Source of the DNA: Eledone cirrhosa
Taxonomy: Eukaryota
DNA length: 64,000 nt
NCBI GenBank assembly: GCA_964016885.1
Contig: OZ024741.1
Location: 166,718,001-166,782,000, forward strand
Direction of reading: 5' to 3'
The first letter of the stretch is position 1. Every line of letters starts with the position of its first letter. Below the pieces are notes generated by a model. That model worked only from the letters and a program-made list of their open reading frames with translations. It was not told where the DNA came from and did no database searches. Position numbers and translations under genes: made by a program. Shown one piece after another: positions 12,965 through 24,359 of this stretch.

Positions 12965-15900
12965 GTAAATATAATTATATATTTCTTTATAACTTTCTGG
13001 GTAACTTGTTATAATGTCTTTTTCATTAACTTACCTCGGGTTTATATATTGCCTGTAAAAAGATTTTAAAAATTCAGTCACATTTAGTGGATTAATTAAT
13101 ATTGCCTATCGAGATCTTTTTATCGATTTCCTAAATTAGAATGTCTACACTTGTATAAAGGTAAGATAGCAGTTTTAGGGCGTCTTGTGTTATTGTTATT
13201 GTATATATGAATGAATCCAGTATATACGTTTGTCGCTTTAACGACGTATCCAGTGATGTTCGCGAGGGTTATTTAGGTGCCTTAGCCTCGCTATCACATG
13301 CGGTAATAACTGGCGCCGTTACCCGTAGTGCAGAAGAGAGGAAGTTAGCTAATGACCGAGACGTGAACGACCGTTTCCCTTTCAGGTCGGTTACCATCGA
13401 GACCTTGGGTTTCCTCGGTCCCCAAACTGCCGTTGTCCTTTGCAAGATCAGGAGGAACACATCCCGCCTGCGGAATGAGCCCTGTGAGTTTGAGTGGCTG
13501 ATGCAGCTAGTTTCGCTGGTTATTTTCCCGATAGGTGAATGAAAGTAGTACAGCATCCGGTATTATTATAGGAAGACACCCCCACTTGTTTTTTCGTGTG
13601 CTTACCAACTAATCTTACCTCCGAACATGCTGCAAAGGACTTTTCCCATGGAGAGCGGCATCTCGGACTTTACCCCATAAACCCAACCCCCGGGGAGGGG
13701 TGCGTGAAAAGAAAACTCCGGGAGGTGGAAGGTCTAAGGACCTTGCCCCTTCATTTTCCGGGGAAAAACGTCCTTTGCAGCATTTTCGGAGGTAAGATAG
13801 CACACGAAAAAAAAACGAGATAATGAAATGGTAAAAAAAACTCGGTGTATGTATGTGAGGAGAGTTCGAGCGTTCCTATCCCTCTACCCCATCTTTTTTA
13901 CAGGGTAAAACATCCTTAGGACTATATTAAAAGGTAAGTTTATTTGATAATACCGAAGAAAAAAATTATTTCCCATTGAAATTGGTGGAGGTGTCTTTCT
14001 ATAAATTTACACAACACCTATCCTACAGCTCTGGCCTGGCTCCTTGTTACTGCTTCCTGTTCCCACATACGAAAGACAGCCTCACAGGAATCAGATTCAA
14101 GTCAACACAGGAGCTAAAGGAGAATTCCCTAATGGGACTGCAGAAAAAGGACTGGGAGGGTCTTCCATGAGTGGGGAACATTATTTTGAAGGGCAGTGGA
14201 TTGGCAGTATCGGTAGAGGGTCGGACGCCATGCTTTGCAGCAAAGAGTTACGACCCTTTGTGGTCTGAGTTCAAATCCTGCCGAGGTTAACTTTGCCTTT
14301 CATCCTTACGGGGTCGATAAAATAAAGTACCAGTAATACACTGAGATAATTTTGGCCTTGTGCCAAAAGTAGGAACAATTATTTTGAAGGAGATAAAGTT
14401 TTGTAAGGTTATGAAAATAAATAATGTTTCTCCTGAAATTTTCTCATTACTTATTGAACATATCTTTTCCACACTTTCATGGGTTGGACAAGTCCTCAAC
14501 ACAACCTCCCTCCACAATTTTCCTTTGTCATCTCCTCTATGAGGTTGTTTATATTTTGAGATCAGCTTTAACCACCTCTGCCCAGGTTTTTCACATCTTC
14601 TACTACAGCTTCTTTACATTGGCCTTACCTGGCACTTCTTCACCCAGTGTTTCTCATCAATTTGCATAACATGTCCAAACAAGCACATATTTCATATTTT
14701 AAAAAGGCTTTATTTATTAACTTCACTGAGAGTAATTTCTGTTATCAACAAAATAAAGTGCGTAGCTTGGAGATCAGAGTGTCACTTTAGATAGAACCGC
14801 TTCTTCTCCGAATTGAGAGATCACAGCTCTGATACTATGGTCATGTGGTTAGAATGTCTCAGGAAAGAATTGCTGGACAGACTTTATGGGCAAAACCAAC
14901 CCACAGCAGACTGAGGGGTAGACCCCCAAGTAAGATGCTTGGATAACATCCATGAGTTTGGCTGGTCACTCTTTGGGATCCAGCTGGACCAGATGGAGAC
15001 GATTACTTCTGACAGGACCGACTGGAAGGAGTTTTTGAGGACTCTACCCCCACAACAAGAAGAAGAGACCTGAACATACTTTGTGCATTCTATCTTGTCA
15101 GTTGGTGTGCCAGCATTGAGGGGAATCAGCTTATATACTTAGAGGTTTGCTTAAGGACTTTCCCATACCTCCCACTGTTTTTGCTGGGAAGTGAACTCAG
15201 AATACACAATGCTGAAACAATGCAAGGAATTTCCTCCATTGTTGGACTGCTATTTTATTTTGTCCACTTCAAAAGGATAAAAAGCAAAGTTGACCATGAT
15301 AAGATTTGAACTCAGAGCACAGAGCTAGATCAAATACCGCAAAACATTTAATCCAACACTTTAATGACTAATTAAGTCATCAACATCTCTGATTTTCATC
15401 TATTTTCCATGGGTTAGAACAGATTGCCACATTATGAAGCTAGCCCGCATCTTGCTTATACATTCTATGTTGCAGTTTTTATAGCTGGATGCCTTTCCTA
15501 ATGCAAACCACTTCATAGGATATACTAAGTGTTTTATTGTGGCACTGCCACTACCACCTGGTAGGGGGGACTGGGTGCTTTTATCTTGGCACCGGCACAA
15601 CCATTTTGCAGAGTAGGCTGGGTGCATTTATCATGGCACCAGTACTACTATTTTACAGTGCGGTCTGGGTGCATTTTATTGTGGCACCAGCAGTACCATT
15701 TTCAACATTTAAGTGCTTGTTGTGTCCTCATCTAGGCCGGAGGGGCAGTGATAGAGTTGAGGAACAAGAGCATGGGACTACATGTTGCTGATGGGTGGGT
15801 TAGAGGGAAAGGTGGCCTTAAGAGTGACAATTCAAATTAATCTATTTATAATCTCGCTTATGTGTTGACTATTGTATGAACCTCTCTGAAAAATATGTAA

Positions 15901-18257
15901 AAGTTAAAACTAAAATGAATGCTTGAAAACAATGTTCTTTGAAAATAGAAATACAAAGAAATATAAAAGAGAACTGAAGTAAAAAACATTAAATGATAAT
16001 TATTTTTTTCATCAGGCTAAATTCCAGAAAAGGATATATATATATTAGTCTTCTGTACAATTTCCATCTCAAATACTGATAATATTTAATAAGAGAATAT
16101 CAAATCACATGTTTGTGATTATTGTTAAGGTAGTAAGAGTCCTTTTGTTGTTATATTTCTAATGAAATACACTCTATTCAGTTAATTAATGAAGAATTTG
16201 GAGGGGTTTACTAAAATTATAAATTATTTCTATAAATGTGGTTCTGATATAAAATTATATTGGAAGATTTTAATTTAAATAAGAATCCTTTAAACTGGGT
16301 GCTTTAGTTCAGTTTGGTATGAAAAAGGCTAACATCCTGTAATGATTTAGCAGAAAATATCTAAAAACTGGTTGGTTAACTTAGATGTTTAATAGTGTCT
16401 TTACTAATAGACAGATTGCTGTGAAAATTTGCAGTTATAGTGCTGTTTTGTACTTTTCAAGTATGCCTGGGTATTGCGGTTTCATGTTGTATGGGATTTC
16501 AAGGGTTAAGATATACATTTGGATTGCACCTACTTGTAGGCCTTTCACCCTTTTGATACCAACCTGCCCCAAACCACCCCAAATCTATGACAACTTTTGT
16601 TTTAAAGTATTCCTATTTGAATAAAATCTTATAGAAGAATATTTTTGTTAAGCTATGTACTAAATGTCAGCTTAATAATGTTTAGATCAGAGGTGTGCAA
16701 CATATTCCATTGGTGGGCCACTTTTTGAATATTGGAACAAAGGCCTTATCTTACATAATATCTCACATAATATTGAATCTATGAGATTTTGATATTATTT
16801 ATTTTGAGAACAATACCTTAAAGTCAGTATGAGGGGCCGGTTGGGATCAGTTTGAGCAGAAAAAGTTGAGAGAATTCTGGCCGGATATGGCCGGTTTAAA
16901 TGCTAAAGGGTTAATATTTATTAAGCATTATTCCAAAGATTCACCACAACTTCTATCCATAACAAGGAACCGAGAAATTATAACACACATAACCCTATCA
17001 GTGAAGTATAGGTCAACTAACAAAAAATTGTATTATGGTTACGAAAAAATTCTAAATAAGCCTACAAGGTAAAAATTAAAAACGGTCATCGTGGGCTGCT
17101 CTGACTGGTCTGGCAAGCCGGATTGTGGCCCATGGGCTGCCTGTTGCACACCCCTGGTTTAGATAGTTTACTAAATCCTTTCAAATTGTTGATTATTGAC
17201 AAAATTAATTAAAAAGCAGGTGGTGTATTTCATTAGAAATATGGCAACGAAAGGGTTCATCATTATCTTCTTTCCCACTTTGATTAACATGTCTCAGATT
17301 ATCCCCCTCCCCAGCCTCTTGTAATCCTTCTGAGATAGTATATGATTTTGTCTCATAGTGACACCTGAAGTAGTTGGAAACGTATGGAATCACTTCGTAT
17401 AGCCATCTACAGAGAGTTTCCTGAAGTCACCGTAGTAGACATAATTAACAAGAGACGTGGTAAGATCATTTTTTTTGTACATTGCCTCATACATTATTCT
17501 TACAGAGCATTGGTTGACTAAAAGGGTAATAGAGAGTATTATGTAAATAACTGTAGTATACTAAGTATTCTGTACATACCAATCTTTAGTATAACAGATT
17601 GCACATAAAGTTTAGTGTAGAGTTTAGAAAGAGAAACAATTGTGATGGTTAAAAGCATACTAGTTAGGACAGGGTGGCACAGCATAGTTTTGTATCAAAG
17701 GCTAATGAAATAAAACTACTTTCATGGTACAATATAGGATTCTATAGAATATTTCAACCACCAAGAACTTCAATAGAAATAGAACTATTAAATGAACTAT
17801 AATATATTATATAAAAGTATGTCATGCTGTGGAAGGGGGTTGGTAAGAGTGTTTGTGAAAAATATCAATTTAAAGTATAAATGCATAAAATATTTCATTT
17901 TGGTAGCTTCATTCATTAAACTTATTTTGTTGTGTAATATATATATAATCAAGTACTGTATATATTATTTGTGAGTATATTAGATTTATTTGATTTAACA
18001 AACAATGTACTAAGCTGAATTTTTGGCTTTTGAAGCGCTGAGAAGATATATATGTATATATATATATATATATATCTTCTCAGCGCGTCAAAAGATATGA
18101 ATTTCGATGTTAAATCGTATTCATACCCATTCAGGGTTCCTAATTAAACCCTTTACTTTCCTCTGAGCTTCTGAGGAGCCCAACTTGAGCGTAACATGTG
18201 TAAAAGCTCCTTATAAATATATTTTAGTGGTCTGCTTCTCTTTCTTCAATTTCTTCG

Positions 18258-18295
<38 letters not shown>

Positions 18296-21200
18296 GCTCA
18301 AGTGCAGAAATGCTATAAAGATACCTTATAAAATAGGGTGAACAACCAACCTTAAAAGATGGAAAAAGAAGTTGCAGCTGGCCACTATGTGGAAACGAAT
18401 CCCCATATCTTCCATATACTGGCTCGATGCTTTAACCATTATGCTAAGGAGCCTTGACAAATCCCTTCCTGTCATTTTAACTAGATAACTGGACAACTTT
18501 CAGATGTCAGCAAGCAGGCAGACAGACATCCACATCTAAACAAACAACATACAAAGCTGAATTTTTGGCATTTGACATGCTGAGAATATATGTATATATA
18601 TATATAAGTATAAAGAGTGTGTTCAAGTGTAGAAAGGCTATAAAGATAGCTTATAAAATAGGGTGAAGACCCTTAAAAGACAGAAAAAGAAGTTGCCACG
18701 GCCACTATGTATTATATATCTATCTATGCAATTAATTATATATTATTTGTGTGTATATATAGCTTATAAATAAAACATTTAAAATGTCATATTGTTCTTT
18801 GATATTTGGTGGTTGTTTCTGATTAAACTGGGGAATTTCCACAGGGTCACTAGTTATAATTATAGCTCGTATTTTGTGGTATTTGTATTTATGAGTAGGT
18901 TTTTTTTAGTCAAAATATTTAATAAAATTTAATTTATTCATATATTTATTTATCTTTGTCAGAAGCATGACTGTTTCCATAATTTTATTGCCTAATTTTG
19001 TTTTTGTATTGACCTATAACTCCATCATGAATCATAAGGGGTCCATTGTGACATATGGCCTATATTAGGCACTTTAAACTTGGCAGAGCCCATCATCTCT
19101 CCAGGTTTGAGCCCAACTGATTTCTTCCAGAGAATGAGAAAGTAAGAGGAAGAATCCACCCCAGTACTGGACTGGTATTTTCTTTTTTTATTGACCTCAA
19201 ATAGATGAAAGACAAAGTTGGTTTTGGTAGGATTTAAACTCAGAGAAGGCAGAGATGAAACGATTACTGCATACCATTCTATCTGATGTTCTAACGACTC
19301 TATCAATTCGCCATCGGATGACATGCTGTGTGGCATGTAGTTATGGCCCTTTACATTCTGAGTTCAAATCCTGCCTTTCATCCTTATGGGGTTGATTAAA
19401 TGAAGTACCAGTAATGCACTGGGGTCGATTTAATTGATTTTACCCTCCCCTAAAATTGTTGGCCTTGTGCCTAAATCAGAAACAATTATTTAAGAAATAC
19501 TCTTAATTCAAAGCTAACATTTTAAATTGTATCCTCTCAATTTTTAGGTGCCTTTGAAGTTAGCATTAATGGCAAGTTGGTTTTCTCTCGTCTTCAGTCT
19601 CGTATGTACCCTGAGTCTGAAATGGTCAGTATTTTCCATTTGATTAACCGTTTGTTTTTTTGTTTTCCTCATCATCATCATCATTTTAGGTCCACTTTTC
19701 CCTGCTTGCAAGGATGGGACGGGAACTGATTCTGGCTTGATTTCTACAGCTGGATGCCCTTCCTAACACCAACCTCATTTACAGTGAGTGCTGGGTGGTT
19801 TTTTGCCATGGCACCTCCACGACCACTTTGCAGTGGAATGATATGGACCCCAGTCCCTATCATCTCATTTCTACAGCTGAGTAAACTGGAGCAATGTGAA
19901 ATAAAGTGTCTTGCTCAAGGAAACAACACATCACTCGGTCTGAGAATTGAACTCACAACCTTTCGATTGCAAGGCCAATGCTCTAACCACTAAGCCATGT
20001 GCCTCCATAAACATGTAATCCCAAAAGAACAATGAAGGTATCTCATAATATGGTACTTTGTATCTCTGTTTCTTTATTATGTCTATCATTTTTTTATGAC
20101 ATTGTAATAGTGTTTGAATTGTTAAGAACAAATATACTTCTGCCACCAACTACAAACAAGATGTCTTGTCCATATTTACATCTCAGAGTTGCCACACTTT
20201 ATGTTGGCACTTTAACAGGTAGATCTGGTGAGATAGCAGAGATGCTGGAGAGAAGGCATGGATGTGTGCTGTGTGCAAGAGGTGAGATGGAGAGGTGCCT
20301 CTGCAAGACTAATCGCAAGCAAACATCGTAGTTATAAGCTTTTCTGGGTGGGTAATGATGATGGGTTAGGTGGGGTGGGCATATTACTGGTTGAGAGATG
20401 GATCAATAAGACAATAGAGGTGTTAGTGTTAGTAATAGAATAATTAAGCTTAGGTTAGTTGTAGGCAAGAGACTACTGACAATCATTTCTGCCTATACTC
20501 CCCAGGCAGGCCAAAGTAAAGAAGAGAGACTGCTTTTACGAGCAACTTTTACAGACAGCCTCAATGACAGAGACATCGTTATGCTAGCAGGGGACTTCAA
20601 TGGACATGTTGGACAGCTCCAGGATGGATACACTAGGATACATGGTAGGCACAGTTACGGCTCAAGAAATGAAGAATGGGTGAGGCTTCTTGAATTTTGT
20701 GATGCAAATGCACTAACCATTTGCAACACTAACTTCCAGAAGCCTACCAACCACCTAATAACCTACAAATCAGGCGAGCACATAAGCCAGATTGACTTCC
20801 TGCTAGTTAGACAGCGGGACAGACAGATGGTGTCAAATAATAAGGCATACCCTGGGGAAGAATGTACCCCACAGCATAGGTTAGTCATTAGTGACATCTC
20901 AGTAAGCAAGACAAAGAATGAGACATACAGGAAGGTGTGGAAAAGAAAGGTCTGGAAGTTAAAAGACCTTTCATTAAAATATAAATTTAGCAAAGCCCTT
21001 CAAGATGTGTACGATGAAAAAGAAGACGATTTAGAGTTGAATGACATAGATGATAACTGGAATTTCTTACATGACAACTTACTGCAGGCTAATGAAGAAA
21101 CTTGTGGTTGGGGCAGAGCTTCAACCAGACAGAGAGTGACCTGGTGATGGAACAGCACGGTAGATAGGGCCATTAGAGACAACAGACTGGCATGGAAAGC

Positions 21201-23699
21201 TTAGAAAATGGTGGGAGTAGAGAAGGATACACAGCCGCTAAGAGAGAAGCTAGACGTCAGGTGTACTTAGCACGCAGGGAGGCTGAGAGTAGGAGGTTTG
21301 CCAATGTTCTGCAATGGGAAGATCAGAGACGTGTGGTGGTCCGCATTGCAAGGCAGTGTGTCAGTGCAAATCAGGATGTTGTTGGAGATAAATGTTTCCG
21401 GAACGATGCTGGTGTACTTAGTGTCACGAACGATCAAAAAAAGGAGGCCTGGAAATGTCATTATGAGAGACTGATGAATGTAGAGAATGATGGGACAGAG
21501 AGGAATTACCCCCAGTAGACCTGACAGAGGGACCAGATATTGAGATTGATGAATATAGGGTACAAGAGGCAATTAAGGAGATGAAGAACGGTAAGGCTGC
21601 TGGACCGTCGGGGATAGTTGTTGAGATGCTGAAGGCATCAGGAGAAGTAGGCACTAAACTAGTTGCACACATCATTAATCAAGCTATATATGGTGGTGTC
21701 ATACCCAAAGACTGGTGCTGCAGTATTCTCATAAATTGCTACAAAGGTAAAGGGGATGCTCTAGAGAGGAGCAATGATAGGGGTATAAAGCTGATGGATC
21801 AGGTTATGAAAGTGGCAGAGAGAATATTAGCGCAACTGATTAAAGAAAGGGTAAAATTAGATGAGATGCAGTTTGGTTTTGTGCCTGGGAAAAGTACAAC
21901 AGATGCCCTCTTCTTAGTGAGGCAACTACAAGAGAGGTTCTTAGAGAAGAATAAGCCACTATACTTAGCTTTTGTTGACCTAGAGAAGGCCTTTGATAGG
22001 GTACCCCGATCTGTCATCTGGTGGTCCCTAAGGAAACTAGGTGTAGAGGAATGGCTTGTGAGGACAGTGCAAGCTATGTACAGGGGTGCTGTCAGTAAAG
22101 TGAGAATAGGAATGGAGTTTAGTGAGGAATTCCAGATAAAAGTAGGTGTACATCAGGGTTCGGTCCTCAGCCCGCTCTTGTTCATTATAGTCCTCCAAGC
22201 CATAACAGAGGAGTTTAAGACTGGATGCCCATGGGAATTTCTCTATGCTGATGATCTGGTTCTTATAGCAGAATCAGTAGCGGAGCTAGAGAATAAATTC
22301 TGGCTATGGAAACAGCAGTTGGAATCAAGAGGCCTGAGAGTGAACATAGCTAAAACAAAAGTGTTGATAAGTAGAAGAGAGGACAATACGCTGATTCCTT
22401 CAAGGAAATGGCCATGTTCGATATGTAGAAAAGGAACTGGCATAAATTCCATAAAATGTACGCAATGCAGATCTTGGGTACACAAGAGATCTAACAGGTA
22501 GGGAAAACTATGTATGCAGTAGATGTACAGGGAAGTTGGCAGTAGTAATCGCAGTGATAGACACATTTTTCCAATGCAGGTGGGTTCTATAGAAGTTGTT
22601 GATAGCTTCCGGTACCTAGGTGATCAGATTAGCATGGGAGGGGGTTGTTCTTAGGCCATGGTATCTAGAATAAGGATGGGTTGGAAGAAGTTTAGGGAGC
22701 TGCTTCTTCTGTTGACAAAGAAGGGTTTCTCTCTGCGTACGAAAGGACGGTTATATGATGCCTGTGTGAGATGAGCGATGCTGCATGGTAGTGAGACATG
22801 GGCAGCAACTACAGAAGATATGTGACGGCTGGAGAGAAATGAAGCAAGTATGCTCCGTTGGATGTGCAATGTCAATGTGCGTGAACGACAAAGCATAGAC
22901 GAGTTGAGAAAGAAACTGGGTATAAGAGGGATAAGTTGTGGTGTGCAGGAGAGAAGGCTGAGATGGTATGGACATGTGATGCGCATGGAGGATGACTGCT
23001 GGATAAAGAAGTGCCAAGAAATCCCAGTAGAAGGAAGACGCAGTAGAGGTAGACCACGAAAAACATGGGTGGAGGTATGAGAGCAGACCTCAGATCGCTG
23101 AAACTCACCGAGGAGATGACGAAGGACCGTGACAAGTGGAGAGATGCTGTGTTGAATAGGACCCGTCCAACCCTTGCAAACAGGGAAAAGCGGACGTAAA
23201 ATGATGATGAATTTTATCAACCCTTGAAGGATGAAAGGTAAGTTGACCTTGGTAGGAATTGAACTCAGAGTATAAAGAGCAGAAAAATGTCACAAAGCAA
23301 TATTAGTAATTAGACATAAATAGATAACCATAGTTTGACAGACAGACAAACAGATATATGTTGTTGGTTTTATTGTCTGAAGATCTAGGTAGATAGCTAC
23401 TGCTTGATCACTGATAATTTTATCAACTCTCTGATAGAGGAAGGGAGAAAGATATCAAATTCCCATAAATCTGTCATTTGACTGTTGTGTTTTATTATAC
23501 CGATATTCTGCATTTTTGTAATTCTGTCAGAAAGAACTCAATATTTCCTCAATGAATAACTTTTTGATTATTCTATATTAGTATTTAATTCTTTTCTTTT
23601 TTACAGATATTGAGTTTAATACGTGATGTCATGGCAGACAAACCAATCACCGCTCTTGAGGAAACTGAGACAAGCTGCTCGAAGTGCATTGCTTTATAA
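12783..23699 (+). CDS. MIEN1: Spliced 4-exon CDS of a MIEN1/Rdx12 (SelW2)-like selenoprotein, 150 aa, Sec at residue 64: join(12783..12964,17359..17459,19548..19624,23607..23699)
   Basis: All three introns are GT-AG and phases match (2,1,0); 182+101+77+93=453 nt. Translation: MAVKEAPFGKRSVLKRPSVRYDDMEGPSKIDMERRSISSTVADDLERNDTNKQVIVNLQYCDTUSSWKRMESLRIAIYREFPEVTVVDIINKRRGAFEVSINGKLVFSRLQSRMYPESEMILSLIRDVMADKPITALEETETSCSKCIAL*. Shows Rdx CxxU, GAFEVSINGKLVFSRL (human MIEN1 recalled as GAFEIEINGQLVFSKL) and a terminal CaaX (human CVIL). Confidence 0.9.
13250..13560 (+). mobile_element. CRE-like non-LTR retrotransposon 3' fragment (intron 1)
   Basis: AEERK..F.SVTIETLGFLG...WLMQLVSLVI resembles the CRE endonuclease C-terminus. 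Confidence 0.6.
13990..14190 (+). mobile_element. Mariner transposase C-terminal remnant
   Basis: HLSYSSGLAPCYCFLFPHTK..GIRFKS resembles HPPYSPDLAP.D..LF..LK..G.RF.S. Confidence 0.7.
14196..14381 (+). mobile_element. SINE inserted in the mariner remnant
   Basis: Family consensus; ATTATTTTGAAGG duplicated on both sides. Confidence 0.85.
14700..15065 (+). mobile_element. Degenerate RTE-type LINE 3' fragment
   Basis: QL*YYGHVVRM..R..GRP-like RT tail motifs. Confidence 0.5.
16688..17156. mobile_element. hAT (Charlie-like) MITE in intron 1
   Basis: TIRs CAGAGGTGTGCAAC and GTTGCACACCCCTG; 8-bp TSD GTTTAGAT. Confidence 0.85.
17359..17459 (+). CDS. MIEN1: MIEN1-like selenoprotein coding exon 2 with in-frame Sec TGA (17366-17368)
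   Basis: Acceptor ttttgtctcatag|T GAC ACC TGA AGT...; reading stays open after the TGA (SSWKRMESLRIAIYREFPEVTVVDIINKRR); donor G|GTAAGA. Confidence 0.9.
19140..19490. mobile_element. Two opposed SINE copies just upstream of exon 3
   Basis: Minus-strand older copy (19140-19315) and plus-strand copy (19315-19490). Confidence 0.7.
19548..19624 (+). CDS. MIEN1: MIEN1-like selenoprotein coding exon 3 (GAFEVSINGKLVFSRLQSRMYPESEM)
   Basis: Branch-point-like GCTAAC at about 19513, pyrimidine tract, ttttag| acceptor, ATG|GTCAGT donor. Carries the Rdx signature GxFE(I/V)xxNGxLxFS. Confidence 0.92.
20161..23208 (+). mobile_element. Near full-length decayed RTE-clade LINE (APE + RT) in intron 3, sense orientation
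   Basis: LRVATLYVGTLTGR, DVCCVQEVRW, AGDFNGHVG, SQIDFLL (APE). GKAAGPSG, QFGFVPG, AFVDLEKAFDRV, GVHQGSVLSPLLF, LYADDL (RT). Cys-rich CSICRKG..C..C..WVHK, RLRWYGHVMRM, (GAT)n tail. Multiple stops and frameshifts. Confidence 0.95.
23607..23699 (+). CDS. MIEN1: MIEN1-like selenoprotein terminal coding exon (ILSLIRDVMADKPITALEETETSCSKCIAL*)
   Basis: Strong acceptor ttcttttcttttttacag|, phase 0 matches exon 3, ends in CaaX CIAL then TAA (23697-23699). Confidence 0.88.
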   Translation: MLSLIRDVMADKPITALEETETSCSKCIAL

Positions 23700-24359
23700 A
23701 ACTAATTTGTCTATATAACACTGCTGCAATTATGTTAAAGCGTATACTCTCTGAGATTAAATTTTCTTCTTTCTTTCTAAGTTAATATATATTAAAGGCC
23801 TTGACTATCATATTTCTTTTCTATATCCTCATAACACAAATACCCAGGCTTATTGACTGGTTTATATTCCAGGATTATGTTCCATTGTAAAACCTGTCTT
23901 GTCTCAGTGAACACATCTACCCAGCATGTCTTGTTACTCTTACATATTACACACATATATTTCCACAATCAACAATAACAACAGTTAATCTCATTGAATG
24001 AGTTAAACTTATTGATTGGAGTTAGATCTTGTGATGTTTACTTCATTATGTATATTTAGGTAGCAGCTACTGCTACAAGCACAGGCTAATGATAAGAAAG
24101 GTGTTGTGATTGTATTAAAACATGTGTGTTGAATAAATGGTCATCCTTAATTCCATGTGACTTACAAATATGAGTGTTTATACTCGAACTTGGGAAAAAA
24201 TCATTCAAGTTCTTGCATGCATCATAGATGTGTTGTATTTATTATGTTGCTTCTTCACTAATTGAATAATAGACATTCATTATATTTTTTTGTTTCTATT
24301 TATTTCTATAATCATCTTGTCCCTTCTTTTCTCTGCTTCTGTTGTCTTTTTTTTCTCTA

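Noticed and set aside
12741-12968. 75-aa single-exon ORF from the track
   Set aside because: The terminal W* comes from reading into the GTAAAT donor; the region is exon 1 of the spliced gene.
17366-17368. TGA as a pseudogene nonsense mutation
   Set aside because: It falls exactly at the CxxU position, all other exons and splice sites are intact, and a SECIS is present.
17367-17402. Sec redefinition element hairpin after the UGA
   Set aside because: Only weak, bulged pairing could be drawn by eye.
21581-22501. 306-aa RT ORF as a functional host gene or active LINE
   Set aside because: It is a fragment of an RTE element with stops and frameshifts on both sides.
23990-24230. ATGA-containing hairpins nearer the stop as alternative SECIS elements
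   Set aside because: They lack the correct ATGA-to-AA spacing and a paired helix II with a 3' GA.
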